A DNA stretch of 55,314 nt from Nitrospinota bacterium. GTDB lineage: Bacteria; UBA8248. The stretch is taken from assembly GCA_030754595.1 (NCBI GenBank), contig JASLZZ010000110.1, positions 1-55,314 on the forward strand, written 5' to 3'. A program made the translations under genes and the position numbers. Of the stretch, positions 30,307-40,900 are shown one piece after another. Below the pieces are notes generated by a model. The model saw only the letters and a list, made by a program, of their open reading frames with translations, made no database searches and was not told where the DNA came from. The stretch's first letter is position 1; every line of letters begins with the position of its first letter.

Positions 30307-30579
30307 ATGCAGAAATCTGACCTGATCGAAAAGATTGCCAATGACTCCGGAATCTCTAAAGCTGCAGCAGATCGTGCACTCAGTTCTCTTTTGAGTAATA
30401 TAACGGCAGCATTGAAGAGTGGAGATCGAATTTCTCTCGTCGGCTTTGGAACGTTCTCAATTTCAAAAAGAGCTGCCCGTATGGGATGCAATCCCCAGAC
30501 TGGGGAGGCAATCAAAATCAAAGCTACCAAGGTTCCAAAATTTTCCGCAGGGAAAACCCTGAAAGAATCCGTAAAGTAA
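30307..30579 (+). CDS. hup: DNA-binding protein HU
   Basis: MQKSDLIEKIA...LVGFGTF...NPQTGEAIKI...PKFSAGK, 90 aa. Confidence 0.95.
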   Translation: MQKSDLIEKIANDSGISKAAADRALSSLLSNITAALKSGDRISLVGFGTFSISKRAARMGCNPQTGEAIKIKATKVPKFSAGKTLKESVK

Positions 30580-30673
30580 TCGCATAAAGCCCGTTTGACT
30601 TTAATTCGAAGAGCATGGAACAAACGGGAAATTATTAAGGGATAAGCTCCCTATGATTTATAGGGGAGGTCCC

Positions 30674-31771
30674 TTACGAGTGGATGATTCGCTCCAACTC
30701 CGCCATGAACCGGGCGTTCTCCTCTGGGGTTCCTATAGTCACCCGAACCCATTCGGAACAACCAAATGCACTACCGGGGCGAACGATAAACCCCTTTTCC
30801 ATCAATGCTTCGGTAGTGGCATCACCGTCACCAATGCGAACAAATATGAAATTTGCTTGACTTTCAATGAATTCAAGCCCAAGACGCTGAAAAAAACTGT
30901 AATACCGGGGCCTTTCCTCACGAACTTGCAATATGCATTTAGTCCGAAATTCATCATCCTCAAGGGCGGCCACCGCAGCGGATTGAGCCAGTTGGTTTAC
31001 GTTGAAAGGCTCTCGAACCCGGTGCATAAAACCGATGAGGTCCGAATCACCGATTCCATACCCCACCCTCAGTCCCGCCAATCCATATATTTTTGAGAAC
31101 GAACGCAAAACGAGCAGCGGATAGCGATTGACTAAAAGCAAACTATTCGGCCATTCCGGGTCTTCCGCAAAATCTCCATATGCTTCATCAAGCAGGACCA
31201 ATGCGCTTTCTGGGAGACTGTCCAAAAATGAAATGAGTTTCGGCTCGGGTATAATGGTTCCGGTCGGGTTATTCGGACTGCATAGAAATATGATTTTTGT
31301 CCGTCTTCCAACCCTGGAAAAGACATCGTCTAAATCCACCTGAAACTCGCGAAGAGGACTGAAAATCACCTCTCCACCCATCACCCTACTTACATGTGAA
31401 TAAGGGCTAAATGTTGGCTGAGGGATGATTACCTCATCACCTTCATTTATGAAGGTCCGAGCCAGAACCGAGAGGACATCATCTCCCCCATTACCCACAA
31501 AAATTTGTTCGAATTCAACGCCCATCTTCGCAGCCAGAGAGGAGCTCAGCGCCATGACTCCACCGTCAGGATACCTGTGAAGACCAGAAAGAACCCCTCG
31601 AATAGCCTCCAATGCCGCAGGAGATGGTCCTAGTGCATTCTCATTGCTCGCCAGCTTTGTCACTCCGGTCAGACCGTATTCCCTGGATACATCTTCGATG
31701 GATCTGCCTGGAACGTATGCCTTAAGGGAAGCAATCCCTTTTCGGACCAATTTTTCCGATTTAATTCCCAT
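30674..31771 (-). CDS. hisC: Histidinol-phosphate aminotransferase
   Basis: KLASNENALG, RYPD, GNGGDD, PNNPTG, DEAY and RSFSKIYGLAGLRVGY motifs. Confidence 0.92.
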   Translation of the reverse strand: MGIKSEKLVRKGIASLKAYVPGRSIEDVSREYGLTGVTKLASNENALGPSPAALEAIRGVLSGLHRYPDGGVMALSSSLAAKMGVEFEQIFVGNGGDDVLSVLARTFINEGDEVIIPQPTFSPYSHVSRVMGGEVIFSPLREFQVDLDDVFSRVGRRTKIIFLCSPNNPTGTIIPEPKLISFLDSLPESALVLLDEAYGDFAEDPEWPNSLLLVNRYPLLVLRSFSKIYGLAGLRVGYGIGDSDLIGFMHRVREPFNVNQLAQSAAVAALEDDEFRTKCILQVREERPRYYSFFQRLGLEFIESQANFIFVRIGDGDATTEALMEKGFIVRPGSAFGCSEWVRVTIGTPEENARFMAELERIIHS

Positions 31772-31860
31772 TCCTTGGAATCCCCTTGAAATCACCCTGC
31801 TTATATTGAATCTCCTAAAACCTCCGACAAAAGAAGGAGCGAATGAAAATGCAATAAAAA

Positions 31861-32265
31861 TCAATGCGGGATTTTCACTTGTTGGGACCTTCCACCCCAA
31901 CCTTCCGCGGAATCTCGCGCTTCCACAAGAACTATTTACAAATCCGGCGGAATTTTCACACCTGAAAGGGCGCGGGTAAATGGCTGTTCATTAACATGGG
32001 GATGATAAAGGATTCTAGTCCCCAAAATACGACCCTTGATCGCCTTTACCCGGAATGCATTGGCATACTTTTTCCATCCTGTATCCGGAGATGAAATCGT
32101 GACATCGAAGCTAAACACCCCTTTGGCCGTTTTTCTGACTTCCACTTTCAAGACATCCGGATAAACCCGATTTTTCGGATTAGTTCCCGGAGCAGCTATA
32201 ACATACCCGATTCCCAGTTGAAGACCGATCAAAATTAATGCAAGATTAATATAATGATTTCTCAT
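31861..32265 (-). pseudogene. Conserved-looking secreted hypothetical protein interrupted by in-frame TAA (31936-31938)
   Basis: Signal-peptide-like N-terminus; FDVTISSPDTGW..YANAF...HPHVNEQPFTR. The same frame continues after the TAA as IVLVEARDSAEGWGG... to TGA at 31861. Confidence 0.6.
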
Positions 32266-32409
32266 AGACCACCATTCCTCCTCCATCTGGCCAGTCACCA
32301 CCTAGAGTTCCATGTCGGGAAAATAAATTGTAAACCGCGATCAAATTCGTTGCTCCCCCTTTCAAGGAGGGATAGAATTCAGTTCCCTTTGATATAGGAG
32401 ACATCCGCA

Positions 32410-33258
32410 TTGTTAGACAAGGCCACTCAAAGGAAATTGGATAATTTACAGGGAGTCCTCAAAGAGTTGAACGGAGTAGTCGTCGCCTTTTCTGGCGGCG
32501 TTGATAGCACCTTTCTCACCTATATTGCCCAACGTACGCTTGGGAAGCGAGCTTTGGCGGTGACAGGATGCTCGGTAACACTAGCTAAATCCGAATTTAA
32601 AGAGGCAATCAAGCTAGCGAGGCGAATCGGAATTCGGCACCGCATCGTGAAAACCACCGAAATCCTCATAAAATCATACAAAAAAAATCCCACAACCCGT
32701 TGTTATTATTGCAAAAACGAGCTTTACACTCGCCTCCGCGCGATCGCGGCCGACGAAAATCTCCCTCATATAATTGATGGCTCAAACGCCGATGATTCAT
32801 GTGACTTTAGGCCCGGAATGAAGGCGGCTCGAGAACTGAGAATTCGCAGCCCTCTTATCGAGGCAGGATTTACCAAAGCCGAAATTCGTGAAATGTCGAA
32901 AAAATTAGGCCTTCCGACCTGGGACAAACCTGCGATGCCGTGTCTTTCAAGTCGAATTCCATATGGAGAAAAAATAACGGTGGAAAAAATCTATCAAGTG
33001 GAAAAAGCGGAGTCATCGCTTCACTCATTGGGTTTTAAACACCTTCGAATCAGACACCATGGACCCATCGCCCGAATCGAAATTCCCCGGGGGGAATTCC
33101 CACGATTATTTTCAGAGAGTATGACAGAAAAGGTGGTTCACTTTATCAAGGAAGCGGGTTTTACTTATGTGTCACTCGATCTTGAGGGATTTCGTTCGGG
33201 GAGCCTGAACGAGTCAAATTCCCCTCAAAAACCATTACTCATGGCCTTACTGCCGTGA
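32410..33258 (+). CDS. larE: ATP-dependent sulfur transferase LarE (Fe-S-type Cys pattern)
   Basis: PP-loop AFSGGVDST, RCYYCK, DFRPG, KPAMPCLSSRIPYG and GFRSGSLN motifs. Confidence 0.92.
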   Translation: MLDKATQRKLDNLQGVLKELNGVVVAFSGGVDSTFLTYIAQRTLGKRALAVTGCSVTLAKSEFKEAIKLARRIGIRHRIVKTTEILIKSYKKNPTTRCYYCKNELYTRLRAIAADENLPHIIDGSNADDSCDFRPGMKAARELRIRSPLIEAGFTKAEIREMSKKLGLPTWDKPAMPCLSSRIPYGEKITVEKIYQVEKAESSLHSLGFKHLRIRHHGPIARIEIPRGEFPRLFSESMTEKVVHFIKEAGFTYVSLDLEGFRSGSLNESNSPQKPLLMALLP

Positions 33259-34013
33259 ATCCTGAAATTCTTCTTGATCTTTTCGAGCAAGTTCAGGCGG
33301 GAAAATTGGCCCCTTCCGCCGCCGCCGACCGTCTTCGCGATCTGCCCTTTGAGAACCTGGGTCACACGAGAATAGACCACCACAGGAGCCTCCGAACCGG
33401 TTTCCCCGAGGTCATTTACGGAGAAGGGAAAACTACCTCCCAAGTTCTTGAAATCGCGCAAAGACTTGCCAAGAATAATCAAACGGTAATCGTAACCAGA
33501 GTCGCGGACACCCATGCCCGGGCTCTCCTCGATACATGGCCCGATGCGGTTCATCACATCGAAGCGCGAATGGTCGTATTAAAGGGCTCCTCGCCAGATG
33601 CCAAAACCGGGTGCGTCGCTGTAATTTCCGGAGGAACATCTGATAAGCCTGTAGCGGAAGAAGCCGCTATTTCAGCCGAAACCTTGGGCTCATATGTTGA
33701 GCGTGTCTACGACATCGGAGTGGCGGGGATCCATCGCCTTTTATCCGAGATGAATTTGTTGAGTAAGGCCAATGTAATAATCGCCGTAGCGGGGATGGAG
33801 GGGGCACTTCCGTCAGTGGTTGCCGGCCTTGTGAAAGCGCCCGTTATAGCTGTTCCCACCTCGGTGGGCTATGGAACGAATTTAGGCGGATTTACCGCGC
33901 TATTCGCGATGCTTAACTCCTGCTCTGACGGTATATCCGTTGTAAACATCGACAACGGCTTCGGCGCGGGCTTCCAGGCCCATCTGATTAATAAATTGGC
34001 TTCAAACGTATGA
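33255..34013 (+). CDS. larB: Nickel pincer cofactor biosynthesis carboxylase/hydrolase LarB
   Basis: DHHRSLRTGFPEVIYGEGKT, GTSD, DIGVAGIHR, AGMEGALPSV, PTSVGYG and VVNIDNGFGA motifs. Confidence 0.94.
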   Translation: MNPEILLDLFEQVQAGKLAPSAAADRLRDLPFENLGHTRIDHHRSLRTGFPEVIYGEGKTTSQVLEIAQRLAKNNQTVIVTRVADTHARALLDTWPDAVHHIEARMVVLKGSSPDAKTGCVAVISGGTSDKPVAEEAAISAETLGSYVERVYDIGVAGIHRLLSEMNLLSKANVIIAVAGMEGALPSVVAGLVKAPVIAVPTSVGYGTNLGGFTALFAMLNSCSDGISVVNIDNGFGAGFQAHLINKLASNV

Positions 34014-35251
34014 AAACAGTTTATTTTGACTGCTTTGCAGGAGCGAGCGGCGACATGCTTCTTGGCGCTTTGCTCGACTTGGGCCTTCCCCTTGACTCGC
34101 TTAAAAAAGAACTCGACAAGCTCAACCTCTCGGGCTACGAAATAAACGCCCAGCGTTCCTTGAAATGCGGCATTTCCGCGATGCAAGTGAGTGTAGAAAC
34201 CATTGATGGGAAATCCTTCACCTCCTCTCACCACGAAAATTCCGGTGTCCAAAGTCGTTCCTTGTCCGACATCGTGAAAATTCTTACCGATGCGCCGCTT
34301 CCTCCTACTCCGCAAGCCCGCGCCCTAAAAGCCTTCCGGCGCCTTGGCGAAGTTGAGGCATTTATCCACAATGTTCCTATCGAAACCATTCACTTCCATG
34401 AATTAGGTGCAATCGATTCCATCATCGATATCACCGGTTTTTTTCTCGCCATGGATATATTGAATATTGATCGGGTCATATCCTCCCCCCTCCCGGTAGG
34501 ATACGGTTACATCAATAGCGCCCACGGGAATATGCCCATTCCCGCCCCCGCGACCGCCAAAATCCTAGAAGGGGTGCCGGTTTTCGATAACGGGATGGAG
34601 GGGGAGGTCCTCACCCCGACAGGTGCTCTTTTGCTTTCAGAAAGCGCCGAATCCTTTGGACGCATGCCTTCTATGACTATTTCCAGTGTTGGCCACGGAT
34701 CAGGAATAATGGACAAACCCATACCAAATATTGTACGTGCTTTTTTGGGCCAGGTTGATCCCCCTCCTTCCAATGAACTCCACCCGGAAACAATTTCCGT
34801 CCTGGAAACCAACATTGACGACATGAACCCCGAGGTCTTTCCTTATGTCATAGATGGGGCGCTCTCGTTGGGAGCGTTAGATGCTTTTGTTATTCCAACT
34901 GTCGGAAAAAAAGGACGGCCGGCTTCTCTTCTCATCGTCCTTTGTCCAGCCAAACGCCAGGACGCGCTTCTTGAATTTCTTTTTCAAGAAACAACCACCC
35001 TTGGAATTCGTTACCGCCTTACAGAACGAATGACTATCAAGCGAGACTGGATAGAAGTGAATATCCCATGGGGGCGAGTCCGAATCAAAAGAGCGCATCT
35101 CCGTGGCGATGTCGTCAAACTCGCCCCGGAATTCGAAGACTGCCGAAAGTTGGCTGAATCTTCCGGAGTCCCCTTAAGGAAAATCCTAGACGTTGCGACT
35201 TCAGCTGGAAGGGAAGCCTCGATTCAAAAAGGGATGACTGAAGAATCATGA
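34010..35251 (+). CDS. larC: Nickel insertase LarC
   Basis: YFDCFAGASGDM, HFHELGAIDSIID, PAPAT, TPTGA, ETNIDD, KKGRP, ETTTLGIR and PEFED motifs. Confidence 0.94.
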   Translation: MKTVYFDCFAGASGDMLLGALLDLGLPLDSLKKELDKLNLSGYEINAQRSLKCGISAMQVSVETIDGKSFTSSHHENSGVQSRSLSDIVKILTDAPLPPTPQARALKAFRRLGEVEAFIHNVPIETIHFHELGAIDSIIDITGFFLAMDILNIDRVISSPLPVGYGYINSAHGNMPIPAPATAKILEGVPVFDNGMEGEVLTPTGALLLSESAESFGRMPSMTISSVGHGSGIMDKPIPNIVRAFLGQVDPPPSNELHPETISVLETNIDDMNPEVFPYVIDGALSLGALDAFVIPTVGKKGRPASLLIVLCPAKRQDALLEFLFQETTTLGIRYRLTERMTIKRDWIEVNIPWGRVRIKRAHLRGDVVKLAPEFEDCRKLAESSGVPLRKILDVATSAGREASIQKGMTEES

Positions 35252-35490
35252 ATATTCGACTTAGGCTCTATGCGAACCTAGAAGAAAAAATGCCTTCCAG
35301 CAAAACCGCAGATGGGTTCGTTGATCTTGCGCTTCCCGATGACGCTTTAATAAAAGACGTTCTGGATATATTTGATATTCCTTACGAAGAGGCCTATGTA
35401 ATTCTCATCGGTGGCCGCCACGCTTCAATGGATACACCTCTAGCCGAGAGCGTGGAGCTATGTATTTTTCCGCCAATCGTCGGCGGATAG
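35248..35490 (+). CDS. MoaD/ThiS-family ubiquitin-like sulfur carrier
   Basis: 80 aa, beta-grasp-like pattern (IRLRLYANL), C-terminus IFPPIVGG; start overlaps the larC stop (ATGA). Confidence 0.85.
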   Translation: MNIRLRLYANLEEKMPSSKTADGFVDLALPDDALIKDVLDIFDIPYEEAYVILIGGRHASMDTPLAESVELCIFPPIVGG

Positions 35491-35946
35491 TTATTTATCC
35501 TTTTTTGCAATCATAAGTGCAAAAACGCCATCCTGGACGATCTCACTCCGCTGATTATTCACAACTACCCCAAGGGTTACCAAGCCATGGCCTTTACTCG
35601 ATATTCGCTTCTCGTTGACCACGACTTCCGCATAAATTGTATCGTCGAACATAATAGGTTTCCTAAACTGCATCTCTACACCCATAAAAGCCTCTACGGT
35701 CCCTTCTAAAATTCCCAACCTGGTGACAAGCCCCGAGATATAGGATAATCCCAAGAGACCGTGGGCAATTCGACCGCCGAAGACTGTTTTTGATGCTGAT
35801 TCGGCGTCTGTGTGAAGGAAGGTATAATCTCCCGTTAGCCCTGCGAACGAGGCGACATCCACCTCCCCTACAGTCCTCGCGGACGTCCGCCATTTGAAGC
35901 CCACTTCAAATTCCTCATAATAAAGGCCAAGCGGTTTGTATTCCAT
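35491..35946 (-). CDS. MaoC-family dehydratase
   Basis: YYEEFEVG, FAGLTGDYTFLHTD, RIAHG and FRKPIMFDDTI motifs. Confidence 0.88.
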   Translation of the reverse strand: MEYKPLGLYYEEFEVGFKWRTSARTVGEVDVASFAGLTGDYTFLHTDAESASKTVFGGRIAHGLLGLSYISGLVTRLGILEGTVEAFMGVEMQFRKPIMFDDTIYAEVVVNEKRISSKGHGLVTLGVVVNNQRSEIVQDGVFALMIAKKDK

Positions 35947-35986
35947 TGCTTTCCTCTAAATCATTCAAATACACACTGACATGCAA

Positions 35987-36817
35987 CTATTTCACCCTAA
36001 AGCGATATAGGATCAGACCCCATTCTTCCTGATTTTTTTTATCGGGATGAAGAGGGCTGAATCTCCATCTCTTCATGTGATTAGCCGCTATTACATCCAG
36101 GTAGGCACTCCCCTTTCGAACGGGAAATATCCGCCCCACCGTACCATCGGCCAAAACCCAAAAGCGGAGTTCAATGTCTTCAGATGATTCGAGAATTTTT
36201 ACTCTTGGGGGCGGGGGTCTAAAAATGATTCTCCTCGCACCCGCAGGCCCACGAATGTGCTGTCGCCGCAAATTTTTCTGTTTTTCCCGCGCCAGCAGCG
36301 ACAAGTCTCTCCTTAGATTTTGAAACATTTTCGGATTTTGTTCCGAAGATACTTTTTTTCCGACAAGTCCGGAGCCAGCTTTCGGATTTCTAATTGGAAG
36401 TGCAAATTCTTCAGGAGGCAATGATGACTCTTTCCTCCGAAGCGGGATCGAATCCAAAGATGTCGCAGGACGCGGCAATTCCAGTTTTGGAAGATCATTT
36501 ATTAACGGGCTTTTAGGAATATTTTTAAACCTGAAGGCCGCTGGATGGATCTTCAACCTTGATTTTGCCTCGCCAAGCGGATCTCCTTGCTTAACCAACA
36601 ATCGATCCAAATCAAGGGGCTTCGGTTGAGGCACCTCGGGAAGAGGTTTGGGCCGAAGAGAGTCGGGAATTTCAACTTCCCGCCTGACCATCTCCACATC
36701 AACCGAATCTTTCGAATATTCCATGATGTGGGGTGGAGGAATCTGAGGAGTCAAAAAAACAATTACCGAATGCATAATCAAGGATAACAGGAGTGCTGTG
36801 ATCAACGTGGCGTTCAT
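35987..36817 (-). CDS. TonB/TolA-like energy transducer
   Basis: N-terminal TM with SxxxH (SLIMH), Pro-rich spacer and C-terminal TonB_C-like region (FWVLADGTV...WRFSP). Confidence 0.75.
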   Translation of the reverse strand: MNATLITALLLSLIMHSVIVFLTPQIPPPHIMEYSKDSVDVEMVRREVEIPDSLRPKPLPEVPQPKPLDLDRLLVKQGDPLGEAKSRLKIHPAAFRFKNIPKSPLINDLPKLELPRPATSLDSIPLRRKESSLPPEEFALPIRNPKAGSGLVGKKVSSEQNPKMFQNLRRDLSLLAREKQKNLRRQHIRGPAGARRIIFRPPPPRVKILESSEDIELRFWVLADGTVGRIFPVRKGSAYLDVIAANHMKRWRFSPLHPDKKNQEEWGLILYRFRVK

Positions 36818-36852
36818 CGTACATTACCGATCCAATTAGATAAAACAATGAG

Positions 36853-37272
36853 CTATTTTTTCTTTTGATCTCGACGGGCGGGCGCGGTCGCGATAGCAAT
36901 TCGATCCGCGCCTGCCTGCTTGGCTACATCCATGACTCTAACAACAAATCCATGGGGAACATCGCGATCAGCACGAAGCACAAGGACCGCTTCGGGCTGG
37001 AACTTGAGTTCCTCGATGAGACGTCCCCAAAGAGCGTTAAAGGGAAGTTGTTCATTATTTAAAAATACTCGCCGATCTCTTGCGATTATCAAAATCAGAT
37101 CTTTTCTGGCCGGCTGTTCTGTCGTAAGTGCTCGAGGCAACTTTATTTTTATTCCAGGCTGAAGAATAAAAGTGGAACTGAGAACGAAAAAGAGAAGCAA
37201 TAGAAATATGATGTCGATCATTCCGGTCATCCCGGGTTCCGCCTGAACTCGCCGCCGCTCGCGAAACTTCAT
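36853..37272 (-). CDS. exbD: Biopolymer transporter ExbD/TolR
   Basis: MIDIIFLLLLFF, IKLPRA and LRADRDVPHGFVVRVMD motifs. Confidence 0.9.
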   Translation of the reverse strand: MKFRERRRVQAEPGMTGMIDIIFLLLLFFVLSSTFILQPGIKIKLPRALTTEQPARKDLILIIARDRRVFLNNEQLPFNALWGRLIEELKFQPEAVLVLRADRDVPHGFVVRVMDVAKQAGADRIAIATAPARRDQKKK

Positions 37273-37273
37273 T

Positions 37274-37873
37274 TTATCGTTTCATCGCATCGACAAGGCG
37301 AAAAGAATGCTTTTCAATCTCGAGAACCAATCTGTCCGCCTTTGCTGTGAAATAATTATAAAAGATAAGCGATGGTATGGCGATTACCAAGCCTGAAGCT
37401 GTGGTTATCAAGGCCTCACTGATGCCGTTGGCAAGCTGACTCGGATGGGCAATACCTTTCTCGCTAATAACGGCAAAAGTTCGAATCATGCCAAACACCG
37501 TCCCAGTGAGACCAAGGAGAGGGGATATTGCGGAAATGGTTCCAAGCATGCCGAGGTAACGATCGAGAGTAGGCACCTCTTGCCGACCTGCATCTTCAAC
37601 GATGGTTTTGAGCTCTTCCTGATTTCGGTCATGATTCATAATCGCGGCGAGAAGAATCCTCCCCATTATCGATGGATGACGTCTGCAAATGGTCATCGCT
37701 TCACCGATTTGATTTTCGGAGAGGTGCTCCTTAACTCTTTGCAAAATATCAAGACGAATGACACGTCGCACCCTAAGACTGAAAGAACGCTCTAAAATAA
37801 TCGCTAAAGCCATTACGGAAGAGATCCCCAAAGGAATCATCAATACTCCGCCACGAACCAAGAAATCTATCAT
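37274..37873 (-). CDS. exbB: MotA/TolQ/ExbB proton channel protein
   Basis: ISPLLGLTGTVFGMI and GISEALITTASGLVIAIP motifs. Confidence 0.92.
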   Translation of the reverse strand: MIDFLVRGGVLMIPLGISSVMALAIILERSFSLRVRRVIRLDILQRVKEHLSENQIGEAMTICRRHPSIMGRILLAAIMNHDRNQEELKTIVEDAGRQEVPTLDRYLGMLGTISAISPLLGLTGTVFGMIRTFAVISEKGIAHPSQLANGISEALITTASGLVIAIPSLIFYNYFTAKADRLVLEIEKHSFRLVDAMKR

Positions 37874-37930
37874 CTAGGGGCATCCCCCATCTAAGGGATA
37901 GTCAGGTGGATAAACCCAACTTATCTCTTC

Positions 37931-40900
37931 TTACTGGCGAGGTGATGACTGTCTGGAAAGACGCACAATCGCCTCCTCCGCCTTTTTCCGCATTGGGCCT
38001 TTCGGTGCAACATTCCTCATTTTTTGAAATATCCGAAGTGCAATCGTACGCTTCCCTGTCTTCTCATACAATTCACCTGCCCGTGCGAGAGCCCGCGTAA
38101 CCCACATTGTCTGTCCTGCGAATTGATAGGTCAACTTAAGAAATTCCGATGCAGCTTGCCGGTCATTTTGCCTGGAAAGAATGTCGGCGCGGCGGTACAA
38201 CGCTTCGGCGGCCACTTTCGGATCATGCGAGAGCAAAGCCAAATTGAGCGCCTCGGCCGCTTCACCAAGCTTTCCCTGTTTCGACAGCAAAGCAGCCAAA
38301 AGAAGGGAAGCATTTATTTGCAAACTGCTGCCATCGTAGCCTCCAACAATAACTTTTTTTAAATGGGTCACCGATTCCGTCAAATCGCCGAGTTTTGCCA
38401 TGCAACGACCCTGCTCGTAGAGGGCGATTTGTCTGTAGTCATGTCTTGGATACCTTTCCAAAAACACCCCCAGTTTCTCTCTAGCTTCCGCACATCGGCC
38501 GACGCCCGCCAGGGATTCTCCTATACCTAAAAGAGCGTCCGAGCTCAGGGGATTATCCGGAAATCGATTCATTAACGACTCGTAGGCATCCAGTGCGGCA
38601 TCCAGCTCATTCCTGCGGCGGTGAATACTCGCAATCCGCAATAAGGCGTGAGCGGCCAATTCACTTGATTTGTAGCGAGCCTCCAACTCGCGATAAGCTC
38701 GAAGGGCGCCGGTTAAATCTCCTTGAGTAAGGTGAATCTCACCCACCTGAAAACCCAAGGCAATGGCGAACTCATCTTCTCCGTACGAATCGATAAATTT
38801 CCTTGCCTCAGAGATAAATCGATTTGTATCGTTTTGCTGCAGGCGCGTCAGAATTAAGCCGTATGCCGCCTCGCGCACCTGGGGAGATCCCGGGTATCGT
38901 CCCATCAATAGCCGGTAGGCTTGATCGGCCTGGGAATAGAGACCCTGGTTGTAGAAAGAGTCTCCCACGCGGAGATATGCCGCAGCGGCCAGGGGAGACT
39001 TGGGGTGCCGCTTGGAGAAGGCCAACAGACTCTCCCGGGCGATCTTATAGCGGCCCTGGCGGTACCATATGAGAGCGACCCAGAATTCCACCTCAGTGGC
39101 TGCGGCGCTTTTCGGATACCTTTCGAGGTAGACGCCGAACACCTTGGAGGCTTCTTCAAGACGACTTCTCCGAAACAGCAGTTTCCCTTTTTCAAGAAGC
39201 GCCTCGTGCGCCACCCGGCCACCCGCATACTCCTTTTCGATACGCTCAAAGGCCCGGAGCGTCCCCGCGTAATCGCCCAAATTAAACCGGGCCTCGCCGC
39301 CTCGGGCGAGAGCCTCAGCCGCCAAGGGCCCCAGCGGTTTCATCGAAAATACGCGATCAAACATGAGCGCAGCCTGACGCCACTCCTTTTTCCGGTAGTG
39401 AATCCAAGCCAAGGCCGCCCTTGCCGGGTACCACTCATTAGCGTCCTCTGATATTTTTTCAAAAGCTCTCCGCGCCCGGTCGAGATCGTTCGCCTCGAGA
39501 GCGGCTTCCCCGTACCAAAGAGCCGCCTCATTATCGGATGCCTTGGAGTTCTTATTTGTACCTGGCGGAAAGGCCCAACGCTCAAGCACCGCCTGAGCTC
39601 CTTGGTAGTCTTTCAGCCTAAAAGCGGCAAACGCGGTGGCCATGGCCGCCGATCGGGCCGCGCTCTGCTCGGCAATGCGTTCGCGACCACCCGCCGGTGG
39701 CCTTTCGGCCCCTGTACGAAGGACTCCGTAGGCCTTTCCGACTTCTCCCAGATGATAAAGACTTAATCCCTCGATGATTCGTCCAAGCCGGTAAATTCGC
39801 CCCAAGGGGTAAATGTCGCTGACCGAAGCCGCCAGTTTTTGTGCCCTTCGGTAATCTCTTGCGCGAAAGAGCGCCCATGCCAACTGAAGGCGGAGAGGTC
39901 CAATCTGTTCATTTGCGGGATATTTTTCCACAAACCGATCAACCAACCTCCCCGCATTTTTCCAATCGGTCTCGATTCGAACCGCCAGCAACCCGGTTTC
40001 CACCAACGGCATCAACGGATGGTTCGGGTGACGCTTGATGAATAAAGAAAAAGCTCGGCTCGCCTCCTCGATCCGTCCGAGAAGAAGGCGAGCCCATCCC
40101 ACCCCTCCAAGCGCCTCTCCCAACAGTTCGGCGTCCTTCCTCCCTCTCGGCGTCCGAATCGCCTCCGCCCGCAAATATGCCCTTTCCGCTTTGGCGAATT
40201 CACCTTTGCTGAAATATAAATGCCCCATTGAAACGAGTGGATTAAGTGCTTTATCAGGCTCCTCCGATACCAGTAATCGGAAGATGTCAATCGCCCTCAG
40301 CCAAGCCTTCAACTGAATTTGCACCCAGGCGCGAAGGAGACGAGCCTCTCCCGATGCGAATTTTCCCAGCCTCCATTTTCCTTTGTCGAGCCACCCTAGA
40401 CATCCCTCATAATCCCGTTCTTCACACCGGTTTTCAGCCAGTGCATACAGGGCGGCGGACCGATAGGGTTCGGCGAAACGAGGGGTTGCCTTAGAAAGAG
40501 ACCGCCTTCTCTGAAGAGATTCCTTTTTCCGGCCAAGCCTTTCGAGAGTCTCCGCCGCCCAGTATTGAGCAGCCGCTTTCAGACGAGGCGAATCCGCGGA
40601 TTTGTACGCTTCCTCAAAGTAGGAAAGCGCTTCCACGGGCGCATCCTTTTTCATATAGGCCAGCCCACTCTCGTATATTTTCTCGCTGGACCCGAACAGG
40701 CGCGACAATCCCCCCATTACTTTCGCTAGCTCCGGATCAGGTTTACGCTCCCGGGGTTGCGGCCTCCGGGGAAGGGAAAATTCCGGCATTTTCGCCCGCG
40801 GAAATATTTTTGGAATGACCACCCCCAACTGGCGCGGCGGAGTCGGACGAACGCGCTGAGCTACAAGTCTCTCGATGTCAGGAGACTCAATGACAACCTC

